From NCBI GenBank assembly GCA_944321865.1, contig CALUMZ010000001.1, forward strand, positions 63,477 through 127,476: a stretch of DNA of 64,000 nt. The letters are read 5' to 3'. Below are positions 56,192 to 64,000 of this stretch, piece after piece. The notes under the pieces were generated by a model. The model made no database searches and was not told the DNA's origin. It saw only the letters and a program-made list of their open reading frames with translations. Numbering within the stretch: the first letter of the stretch is position 1; each line of letters opens with the position of its first letter. Source of the DNA: an uncultured Muribaculaceae bacterium (GTDB lineage Bacteria > Bacteroidota > Bacteroidia > Bacteroidales > Muribaculaceae). A program made the position numbers and the translations under genes.

Positions 56192-56848
56192 ATGGGTAAT
56201 CTATATAATATCGTAAAAAGCAAGCATTATATACAGAGATTGATTGAGGAAGGGGAACACGAAAAGCAAGAATTCAAGATTCAAATATCAGATGCACGAA
56301 AGATAGCGCGTAGCATCTCGGCTTTTGCCAATAATGATGGCGGACGATTGCTTATAGGAGTGAAAGACAACGGGAATATAGCAGGAATAGAGAGTGACGA
56401 AGAAATATACATGATAGAACAAGCTGCGAGCATGTTCTGTCGGCCACCGCAGAGTGTGGAGTTTAAAATATATCGTGTAGATGGTAAGAATGTGCTTAAG
56501 GTCGATATAAAGCCATCGAGGATACGTCCGGTGAAAGCACAAGACGATGATAAAAAGTGGCGAGCTTATTACAGGGTGGGAGATGAAAATATATTGGCAC
56601 ACCCATTGCATGTGAAATTATGGTTGCATAATAGGAACAACGATGGAGCGCAGTTTACGTATGGGGAGATTGTCCATGAGATAATAAATCGAGCAAAGCG
56701 TCAGGGTTCGATAACCATTGAAGATTGTATGAAAGAGTTGCACATATCCAAGCAAATTGCCGAACAGTCCATAATCGCTCTTTGTAGCGTAGGAACGCTT
56801 GCAATGCACTATGAAGGTAATAAATTTATAATATCTCCGGGAACTTGA
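56192..56848 (+). CDS. AlbA_2 (Schlafen-type, putative nucleic-acid-binding) domain protein with a C-terminal wHTH-like region
   Basis: The motif EFKIQISDARKIARSISAFANNDGGRLLIGVKDNGNIAGIE is typical of PF04326. The track start at 56183 is TTG; the first ATG is at 56192. Confidence 0.7.
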   Translation: MGNLYNIVKSKHYIQRLIEEGEHEKQEFKIQISDARKIARSISAFANNDGGRLLIGVKDNGNIAGIESDEEIYMIEQAASMFCRPPQSVEFKIYRVDGKNVLKVDIKPSRIRPVKAQDDDKKWRAYYRVGDENILAHPLHVKLWLHNRNNDGAQFTYGEIVHEIINRAKRQGSITIEDCMKELHISKQIAEQSIIALCSVGTLAMHYEGNKFIISPGT

Positions 56849-56938
56849 TTTGTGGGAAAAATCGGTTTTGAAATTATTCAACCTAATGTTTTCGGGTGCC
56901 GTAATACAAAAATATTTGTAGAAAAACAAAAGTGTTCC

Positions 56939-56946
56939 TAACTTTG
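56939..56946 (+). promoter_or_regulatory. -7 promoter box TAACTTTG for ileS
   Basis: 27 nt upstream of the ATG at 56973. Confidence 0.5.
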
Positions 56947-56972
56947 CGGAAAATTTTTATAAAGTGCATAAA

Positions 56973-59900
56973 ATGGATAAAAAGTTCAACGAATATAACG
57001 GTTTCAGCCTTTCCGGTATAAATAAGGAAATACTGGAAAAATGGGATCAAGAAAATGTGTTTGCCAAAAGTATATCCACTCGCGATGGAGCACCGTCGTT
57101 TGTGTTTTACGAAGGTCCCCCGTCGGCAAACGGCATGCCGGGAATTCATCACGTCATGGCACGGACCATTAAAGACGTGGTATGCCGCTTCAAGACAATG
57201 CAGGGCTTTAAAGTGCTGCGTAAAGCGGGATGGGATACCCACGGGCTTCCGGTTGAACTTGCCGTGGAAAAATCTTTGGGAATAACCAAAGAGGATATTG
57301 GCACTAAGATTTCGGTGGACGAATATAATGCAGCATGTCGAAAGGAAGTAATGAAGTATACCAAGGAATGGGAAGACCTCACCCATCTTATGGGCTACTG
57401 GGTCGACATGAAGCATCCTTACATAACGTATGAGAATAGTTATATAGAAACCTTGTGGTGGTTGTTAAAACAGCTTTACAATAAAGGTTTACTGTATAAA
57501 GGCTATACAATTCAACCGTATTCGCCTGCTGCGGGAACAGGGCTTAGTTCACACGAACTGAACCAACCGGGATGTTATCGGGACGTGAAAGACACTACCG
57601 TAACTGCCGAATTTAAGGTGTCGGGTGACGGTAATGCTCTTATTGAAGAATTAAAGGGCAAAGCAGATGAGAAATTTAGAAATAATATAAAATTTCTCGC
57701 ATGGACAACCACGCCATGGACATTGCCATCTAATACTGCACTGTGCGTAGGTCCTAAAATAGAGTATGTGGCAATAGAAAGTTACAATCCGTATAATGGA
57801 ACACCGGGTGTATATATTCTTGCCAAGCAGTGCGTGGGAAGCTATTTCAATCCTGCCGGTGCCGAGTTGCCGCTCGATGGATATGAGCATGGTGACAAGG
57901 TTATTCCGTACAAGATTATAGCCGAGTATACCGGTCCGCAATTGGTTGGAATTAAGTATGAACAATTATTCCCATGGGTGAAGCCGGTTGACAAGGTGGG
58001 TGATGAGATAGTAATCAATGAAAACGGTTTTAGGGTAATACCGGGAGACTATGTGACAACCGACGAGGGAACCGGTATTGTACACATTGCACCGACTTTT
58101 GGCGCAGATGACGCATTTGTGGCAAAAGCTGCCGGTATACCATCGCTGTTTATGATAAACACTAAAGGCGAGACTCGTCCGATGGTGGATTTTACCGGGA
58201 AATACTGGTTAACCAAGGATCTTGATGCTGACTTTGTGGCTCGTTGTGTAAACAATGATTTGTATAAAGAGTATGAAGGAGCATACGTGAAGAATGCATA
58301 CGATCCGCGTTTCAATGTAGATGGGAAGTATGACGAAGCGGCAGCAAATAAGGCTGAAGACTTGAACATATACATCTGCATGAAGATGAAGCAAGCCGGA
58401 AGCGCGTTCAAGATTGAGAAGCATGTACATAGTTACCCTCATTGCTGGCGTACCGACAAACCGGTGCTTTATTATCCACTTGACAGTTGGTTTATTCGTT
58501 CCACGGCATGTAAAGAACGGATGGTGGAATTGAACAAAACCATACGCTGGAAACCCGAGTCTACCGGAACCGGTCGTTTTGGTAATTGGCTTGAGAACCT
58601 TAACGACTGGAACTTGAGCCGTAGCCGGTATTGGGGTACACCTCTCCCCATATGGAGAAGTGAGTCGGGCGAAGAAAAATGCATAGGCAGCATTGCCGAA
58701 CTGTGCGAAGAAATCGACAAGTCGGTAGCGGCGGGCTTCATGAAGAGCAATCCTTATACCGACAAAGGATTTGTGCCGGGGGATTACAGCGAAGAAAATT
58801 ATCACAAGATAGATTTGCACCGCCCCTATGTAGATGATATAATACTTGTATCAAATTCAGGAGAACCGATGAAGCGTGAACTTGACTTGATTGACGTGTG
58901 GTTTGACTCGGGGTCTATGCCATACGCACAGGTTCACTACCCATTTGAACATAAGCAGGAGGTAGACAGCAATATTGTATATCCTGCCGACTTCATTGCA
59001 GAAGGTGTAGACCAGACGCGTGGCTGGTTCTTCACGCTCCATGCCATCGGTACAATGGTATTTGACAGTGTCGCTTTCAAATCGGTTATTTCCAATGGCC
59101 TTGTCCTTGATAAAAACGGCAACAAGATGAGCAAGCGATTAGGCAATGCCGTAGATCCGTTTGAAGTGATAAGGAAATACGGAGCCGACGCTGTGCGGTG
59201 GTATATGATTTCAAATTCATCGCCATGGGATAATCTTAAATTCGATGAGGCCGGAGTACTTGAAGTGAGCCGGAAGTTCTTCGGAACTTTGTACAATACG
59301 TATTCATTCTTTGCATTGTATGCCAACGTCGATAATTTTGACTACAACCAGCCGGAGATTCCATACGCCGAAAGGCCTGAGATTGACCGATGGATTTTGT
59401 CGCTGTTGAACAGCCTTGTGAAAAATGTTAGCAAACAATTCGACGATTACGAACCCACCAAAGCCGCACGAGCCATACAAGATTTTGTGTGTGACAATTT
59501 AAGTAACTGGTATGTACGATTAAACCGCAAACGTTTCTGGGGCGGGGAAATGACATCCGATAAGTTGTCGGCATATCAAACCTTGTATAAATGCTTGAAG
59601 ACTGTGGCATTGCTGATGGCTCCGGTTTCACCGTTTGTGTCGGACCGCATATACCGGGATTTAACCGGCAATAAGCATTCGGTTCATGTTGCACATTATC
59701 CGAGTGTCGACGATGCTGTGATTGATGAAAAACTCGAAGAGCAAATGCAGGTGGCACAAGATATAACATCGATGGTTTTGTCGTTGAGACGGAAAAAGAA
59801 TTTGAAGGTAAAACAACCGTTGTCTCAAATTATGATTCCGGTTCTTGACGAACAACAAAAGCAAGATGTGGAAGCAATGAGCCAACTCATCATGAACGAA

Positions 59901-60476
59901 GTCAACGTCAAAGAGATAAGATTCGTAAGTAATGAGGATGGCGTTCTTGTAAAGAAGGTTAAACCCGATTTCAAGAAGCTTGGTCCTAAATATGGCCCGA
60001 TAATGAAGCAACTGTCTAAGTTGATTGCAGGAATGAGCCAGAAGGAGATTGTGGAATATGAAAAAAATGGTATTTTCACATTTAAAATCGACGGAAATGA
60101 TGTAACGATAGCCGCGGAAGATGCCGAAGTGTATTCCGAGGATATTCCGGGGTGGCTTGTTGCAAATTCCGGCAAGCTCACAGTAGCTCTTGATATTACG
60201 GTTACCGAAGAACTTAGAAGGGAAGGTGTGGCACGTGAGATTGTAAACCGCATTCAAAATCTACGGAAGAGCAAGGATTTTGAAATCACCGACCGCATCA
60301 ATGTGAAAATATCGTGCAGTGAACATGTGGCAGAGGCAATACATGACTTTAACGACTATATATCAAAGCAGGTACTTGCGACATCAATAAATGTTGTTGA
60401 CGGGCTTGAAAATGCCGAAAGTGTGCAACTTGATGAAGAAACCTTAATGATATTAATAGAGAGAAACTTAAAATAA
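56973..60476 (+). CDS. ileS: Isoleucine--tRNA ligase (long, type 2 form)
   Basis: HIGH-region PSANGMPGIHH, KMSKR motif and CP1 editing domain. The track start at 56964 is GTG; ATG is at 56973. Confidence 0.95.
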   Translation: MDKKFNEYNGFSLSGINKEILEKWDQENVFAKSISTRDGAPSFVFYEGPPSANGMPGIHHVMARTIKDVVCRFKTMQGFKVLRKAGWDTHGLPVELAVEKSLGITKEDIGTKISVDEYNAACRKEVMKYTKEWEDLTHLMGYWVDMKHPYITYENSYIETLWWLLKQLYNKGLLYKGYTIQPYSPAAGTGLSSHELNQPGCYRDVKDTTVTAEFKVSGDGNALIEELKGKADEKFRNNIKFLAWTTTPWTLPSNTALCVGPKIEYVAIESYNPYNGTPGVYILAKQCVGSYFNPAGAELPLDGYEHGDKVIPYKIIAEYTGPQLVGIKYEQLFPWVKPVDKVGDEIVINENGFRVIPGDYVTTDEGTGIVHIAPTFGADDAFVAKAAGIPSLFMINTKGETRPMVDFTGKYWLTKDLDADFVARCVNNDLYKEYEGAYVKNAYDPRFNVDGKYDEAAANKAEDLNIYICMKMKQAGSAFKIEKHVHSYPHCWRTDKPVLYYPLDSWFIRSTACKERMVELNKTIRWKPESTGTGRFGNWLENLNDWNLSRSRYWGTPLPIWRSESGEEKCIGSIAELCEEIDKSVAAGFMKSNPYTDKGFVPGDYSEENYHKIDLHRPYVDDIILVSNSGEPMKRELDLIDVWFDSGSMPYAQVHYPFEHKQEVDSNIVYPADFIAEGVDQTRGWFFTLHAIGTMVFDSVAFKSVISNGLVLDKNGNKMSKRLGNAVDPFEVIRKYGADAVRWYMISNSSPWDNLKFDEAGVLEVSRKFFGTLYNTYSFFALYANVDNFDYNQPEIPYAERPEIDRWILSLLNSLVKNVSKQFDDYEPTKAARAIQDFVCDNLSNWYVRLNRKRFWGGEMTSDKLSAYQTLYKCLKTVALLMAPVSPFVSDRIYRDLTGNKHSVHVAHYPSVDDAVIDEKLEEQMQVAQDITSMVLSLRRKKNLKVKQPLSQIMIPVLDEQQKQDVEAMSQLIMNEVNVKEIRFVSNEDGVLVKKVKPDFKKLGPKYGPIMKQLSKLIAGMSQKEIVEYEKNGIFTFKIDGNDVTIAAEDAEVYSEDIPGWLVANSGKLTVALDITVTEELRREGVAREIVNRIQNLRKSKDFEITDRINVKISCSEHVAEAIHDFNDYISKQVLATSINVVDGLENAESVQLDEETLMILIERNLK

Positions 60477-60494
60477 CCTAAACATTAACATATT

Positions 60495-60878
60495 ATGAGT
60501 GAGAAAACCCGTTATTCAGATGAAGAGTTGCAAGAATTTAAAGAAATAATTCTTGCAAAACTTGATAAGGCGATGAAAGACTATGAATTGTTGAAGTCGA
60601 ATGTAATGAATTCTGACGGGAACGATACAAGCGACACCTCGCCTACATTTAAAGTCCTCGAAGAAGGCGCCAATACATTGGGCAAAGAGGAGGCAGGACA
60701 ACTTGCACAACGTCAATTAAAGTTTATCCAGAAACTTAAAGCCGCATTGGTTCGCATTGAGAATAAGACATATGGAGTATGTCGAGTGACAGGGAAATTG
60801 ATTCCCAAAGAACGTTTGCGTGCAGTACCTCATGCTACGTTGGCCATCGAAGCCAAGAATGCTATCAACCGCAAGTGA
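60495..60878 (+). CDS. TraR/DksA family regulator with a degenerate (Cys-poor) zinc-finger region
   Basis: 127 aa. Coiled-coil N-terminal part. The C-terminal region YGVCRVTGKLIPKERLRAVPHATL retains only one of the four canonical cysteines. Confidence 0.75.
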   Translation: MSEKTRYSDEELQEFKEIILAKLDKAMKDYELLKSNVMNSDGNDTSDTSPTFKVLEEGANTLGKEEAGQLAQRQLKFIQKLKAALVRIENKTYGVCRVTGKLIPKERLRAVPHATLAIEAKNAINRK

Positions 60879-60896
60879 CGTTCTTGAAAGAGAAAA

Positions 60897-60941
60897 TGGG
60901 GGAGCGGAGCACAATGGAACTTCACTCTCCCCAATTTTTTT
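60897..60941 (+). terminator. Intrinsic terminator after the dksA-like gene
   Basis: Stem ggggag / ctcccc with a 22-nt loop, followed by aa and a T7 run. Confidence 0.55.
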
Positions 60942-61059
60942 GACAACAAGTAACAATGTTATAGAAATTAAAAGGGAAGGGGATAAAGGCCGGTACGGAA
61001 CCGACGTACCAAACGGCAGGCACGATTATGCCGTCGGCATTCGTCCTTGACGCGACAGT

Positions 61060-61761
61060 ATGGGGGTAGGACTTTTTTTGATTGGAAGAATGGATATACA
61101 GCAAATGAGATTTTCAAAGGGTTGGTTGGCGGCGATTATAATAGTTTTTATTATTCTTGCCGACCAAGTATTGAAGATTTGGGTGAAAACTAACTTTTAT
61201 TACGGGGAAGAATATGTAATAACAGACTGGTTTCGCTTGAATTTCATTGAGAATAATGGGATGGCGTTTGGTTTTGAATTTGGCAACAAGCCCGTATTGA
61301 CATGGTTCAGAATCATAGTCAGTGCCTTGTTTGTATATTATGTGGCAAAACTCACACGTCGCAAATATATTAATACAGGTTATCTCATTTGTGTGTGCAT
61401 GATAACTGCAGGTGCCATAGGCAACATGATTGACTGTGTGTTTTACGGTGTCATTTTCAATGACCCCGTTTTACCGCAAACAGCCACGTTGCTTCCACCC
61501 GAAGGTGGGTATGCGTCATTATTTAACGGGCGCGTGGTGGATATGTTTTACTTCCCGCTGTTTGACTGGTATTGGCCTCAGTGGATGCCGGTTATTGGTG
61601 GTGAACATTTCGTGTTTTTCCAACCTGTGTTTAATATAGCCGATGCATCGCTGAGCGTGGGTGTAATAGTTTTGATACTGTTCTTTTCTAAACATTTGAA
61701 CTTCGGAGAAGAAGACAAGCCTGTACCGGAAGACGACATTAGTACGGAAAACAAAAACTGA
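61060..61761 (+). CDS. lspA: Lipoprotein signal peptidase (signal peptidase II)
   Basis: 4 TM spans. Motifs FIENNGMAFG and FNIADASLSVG. The true start may be an internal ATG (61090 or 61105, MRFSKGWLAAIII). Confidence 0.85.
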   Translation: MGVGLFLIGRMDIQQMRFSKGWLAAIIIVFIILADQVLKIWVKTNFYYGEEYVITDWFRLNFIENNGMAFGFEFGNKPVLTWFRIIVSALFVYYVAKLTRRKYINTGYLICVCMITAGAIGNMIDCVFYGVIFNDPVLPQTATLLPPEGGYASLFNGRVVDMFYFPLFDWYWPQWMPVIGGEHFVFFQPVFNIADASLSVGVIVLILFFSKHLNFGEEDKPVPEDDISTENKN

Positions 61762-62789
61762 TGAGGATGAAATCGTTATTGTCAGCAGCAGCTGTTGCAT
61801 TAATTGTGTTGTGCGGGTGTACTTCCCGCCCTGATGAAGTATTGGCTCAAAATGAGATGGTCGATTTGATGACCGATATGCATAAGGCCGAGGCTGTCAT
61901 AGACATGAACAGCACGCTATTTAATAACGATTCATTGAAAAAAACAATGCGTCAGTCTGTCTTAATGAAGCATGGCGTAACTCAGGCACAATTTGATTCA
62001 ACTCTTGCATGGTATGGCCATCATGCCAAGCAATATGATGAACTTTACGAGGAAGTGATTCGGGAACTCGATGAAGAAAAACAAGAGTTATCGAATGTTA
62101 AAGGGCCGATGATGCGTGAAGGCGTAGTAATGGCCAAACGTTACCCGTCGGCCGGCGACAGTGCAGATGTGTGGAGCAAGCGTCGGGTGTGGTCGATTTC
62201 CAATGAAGGCATCGATGATAATACTATATTTTTTGATTTTAAAACACAGTCGGATAATCAGAATGGAGACCGTTACCAATTGTCATTTAAATTCACGAAC
62301 AGCAGCAATAATATGCTTGAAGTGTTTTTAGGTGCCGATTATTACGATGGAACATTGTCATACGTTTATCGGACATCCGGACTTGAAGGTGTAAATCGTT
62401 ATATATTACAGGGAGATTCTACCAAAAAAGTGCGCAGAGTGTTTGGATTCATAAAGGCCGTACCTGATGCAGGTAATATTTGTTTTATTGACAGTTTGCA
62501 ATTACTGCGTACAAGATTTAACGTTACGCAATATGATGCCTTTGATAAGCAGAAATGGGTAGGACCGCATAATTTGCAGCCCGAGTACAGGGCATTGCTG
62601 AATGAAAACAGGAAAAAACAGCAGGCAGAAAAGGCTGCTGAAGTTGCTGAAGAAAAGCGGCAAGCCGAATTGGATGCACAGAGACGCGTGCAACGACGCA
62701 ATTACAGAATCCGTCCCGAAGACAAGGGAAATGATCGAGAAGAACAAATTGAAAATACACAAGAACGCGAAACTGAAAAGGCAGAATGA
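61761..62789 (+). CDS. DUF4296-like lipoprotein with a long C-terminal extension and a K/E/R/Q-rich tail
   Basis: 342 aa. Lipobox LCGCTS. The N-terminal region EVLAQNEMVDLMTDMHKAEAVI resembles DUF4296. Sits in the conserved position after lspA. Confidence 0.6.
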   Translation: MRMKSLLSAAAVALIVLCGCTSRPDEVLAQNEMVDLMTDMHKAEAVIDMNSTLFNNDSLKKTMRQSVLMKHGVTQAQFDSTLAWYGHHAKQYDELYEEVIRELDEEKQELSNVKGPMMREGVVMAKRYPSAGDSADVWSKRRVWSISNEGIDDNTIFFDFKTQSDNQNGDRYQLSFKFTNSSNNMLEVFLGADYYDGTLSYVYRTSGLEGVNRYILQGDSTKKVRRVFGFIKAVPDAGNICFIDSLQLLRTRFNVTQYDAFDKQKWVGPHNLQPEYRALLNENRKKQQAEKAAEVAEEKRQAELDAQRRVQRRNYRIRPEDKGNDREEQIENTQERETEKAE

Positions 62790-63130
62790 AACGATACCTG
62801 TCAAATTGGATAGTTTCGGCAAAAGGTATAACGAGATTGTCGATAATTACGGTAGACGATGCCGGCCAACTTAAATCAATAGAACCTTTTGGGCAGGAAA
62901 TTGCGAATACAGAGTTTGTGCAAGGTGTAATAGTAGCCGTTGCAAAAGAAACTGAAGTGTCAAGAGAATTAATAGCAGCTCATATAGGTGAAGATAATGC
63001 AAAAACGGCCGAAAATATATTTAATATTCTGTCAAATTGTGATAACCAAGAAGTTGGGTGGGGTATAGAGGTCGTATTATATGCAGTGGATTCGTCGGCG
63101 CATTCGGTAAAGAGGTTGCAAATGAAATAA
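62786..63130 (+). CDS. Hypothetical protein, translationally coupled to the upstream gene
   Basis: 114 aa. ATGA start/stop overlap with the DUF4296-like gene. No motif recognised. Confidence 0.45.
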   Translation: MKRYLSNWIVSAKGITRLSIITVDDAGQLKSIEPFGQEIANTEFVQGVIVAVAKETEVSRELIAAHIGEDNAKTAENIFNILSNCDNQEVGWGIEVVLYAVDSSAHSVKRLQMK

Positions 63131-63132
63131 AT

Positions 63133-63158
63133 CCAAAATAGTCCATTAATCCGCAAAT
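63133..63158 (+). repeat. Intergenic repeat family, copy G
   Basis: ccaaaatagtccattaatccgcaaat. Confidence 0.6.
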
Positions 63159-63294
63159 AGATGTTTTGAACGGGCTTCTCTTATGTTGTATTTTAGTTTC
63201 TGCCGGCAGTTTCCCAATGCATGAATCTTGACATGGCTATCGATGCCTGCGGTTCATGCATTGAAAACCTGTTCGACATGATCCTAAAAATCGT

Positions 63295-63318
63295 CATAAA
63301 ATCTAATGACCGATTTGG
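63295..63318 (-). repeat. Intergenic repeat family, copy F (inverted partner of G)
   Basis: cataaaatctaatgaccgatttgg. Confidence 0.75.
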
Positions 63319-63326
63319 AGTAAATA

Positions 63327-64000
63327 TTATTTTGTCCCACTTTGATCGGGATTTAAATCGATATAATGTTTTATTCGTTCATTCCACGGAATATTTTCAA
63401 GGGGGAATACATTGCAAGACTTCGCCCAATTGTTCCACTTGTCCTCCAATTGTTTTTTAACGTCAGGCTCTTTTGAAGATAAGTCGTGTTGCTCAAATGG
63501 GTCGGTTGCAAGGTTATATAATTTCCATGGAGTATTGTTGTCATATCTTACCAATTTCATGCTTTTGTCTATTATGGCGCATGATGATTGGTGTTCGTAA
63601 TATAAAGTTCGGGGAATGTCACTTTCGGTGTTGTTTATGACATTGGCAAGGCTCATGCCGGGTAAATCGGGATGATTGTAAACCTCGGAAGGGTATCGAG
63701 CTTTGGCTATTTCCAAGCAAGTAGGGAGAATGTCAATTATGTGGGAGCGTTGTGCCGTCCATTTCCCACTGTTTGCATTATGTGATTCAACGTTGCCGCA
63801 AGAAATTATGAGAGGCGAATATATCCCTCCGTTAAGGCACCATGATTTATAACATCGGTAGGGTGTATTGCTCAAGTCGGCCATTAATTGCTTGGTTAAA
63901 CCTGTTTCACTTGTCGAACCATTGTCGCTCAAGAATAGAATGACAGAATTGTCGAGCATGTTTTTCTGTTTTAATGCTTCTATCAATTCACCGATGCCAT
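63327..64000 (-). CDS. Sulfatase (arylsulfatase family), C-terminal part; gene continues beyond the window end
   Basis: FLSDNGS and C-terminal sulfatase-domain features. The reading frame stays open to position 64000 (the track M at 63986 is an internal TTG). Confidence 0.8.
   Translation of the reverse strand, partial: GIGELIEALKQKNMLDNSVILFLSDNGSTSETGLTKQLMADLSNTPYRCYKSWCLNGGIYSPLIISCGNVESHNANSGKWTAQRSHIIDILPTCLEIAKARYPSEVYNHPDLPGMSLANVINNTESDIPRTLYYEHQSSCAIIDKSMKLVRYDNNTPWKLYNLATDPFEQHDLSSKEPDVKKQLEDKWNNWAKSCNVFPLENIPWNERIKHYIDLNPDQSGTK

Noticed and set aside
63221-63460. 79-aa plus-strand ORF in the last intergenic region.
   Set aside because: It starts inside the inverted-repeat-bounded element and runs antisense into the sulfatase gene. 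It is a shadow ORF.
1-64000. Searched for CRISPR arrays, IS elements or transposases, integrases, prophage genes, toxin-antitoxin pairs, restriction-modification systems and other defence systems.
   Set aside because: No regularly spaced direct repeats were seen, and no ORF has transposase, integrase, phage or defence-type motifs. The AlbA_2-domain protein (56192-56848) is solitary, has its own promoter, and has no partner genes.

Overview
This 64 kb window looks like core chromosome of a Bacteroidales (Bacteroidota) bacterium, not an accessory island. The taxon call rests on four things: TAnnTTTG -7 promoter boxes upstream of most transcription units, the conserved recN / DUF4835 / coaBC / exonuclease / dnaN block, a DUF4492-cydAB operon, and a serine palmitoyltransferase, an LruC-domain lipoprotein and a eukaryote-like GT3 glycogen synthase. 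About 50 CDS and one tRNA-Arg(ACG) are supported. Content is mainly housekeeping:
- Replication and repair: recN, dnaN, rmuC, topB, mutS2.
- Envelope: PBP1A, lptB, lptF/G, lspA, dsbD-like, NlpC/P60.
- Respiration: cydAB.
- Translation: ileS, tgt, smpB, two ABC-F ATPases.
- Glycogen: GH13 amylase, GT3 synthase, GT35 phosphorylase.
- One TonB-dependent receptor locus.

I saw no CRISPR array, IS element, integrase, prophage or recognisable defence system, and I cannot honestly name a clear novel multi-gene system here. The leads worth a second look are:
1. A dispersed, partly palindromic intergenic repeat family (core CCAAATCGGTCATTAGAYYGCAAAA) with at least nine arms at six loci. Two loci form inverted-repeat-bounded, MITE/REP-like units, and one copy supplies the stop codon of a gene.
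2. An orphan promoter, 13-codon ORF, hairpin and terminator unit (candidate sRNA or attenuator), plus an unexplained leader upstream of a translationally coupled C_GCAxxG_C_C / K+-H+ antiporter pair.
3. An uncharacterised LruC lipoprotein / TonB-dependent receptor / beta-helix-like lipoprotein surface locus.

All family assignments come from motif recognition by eye, because no searches could be run. CDS coordinates include the stop codon, as in the ORF track.
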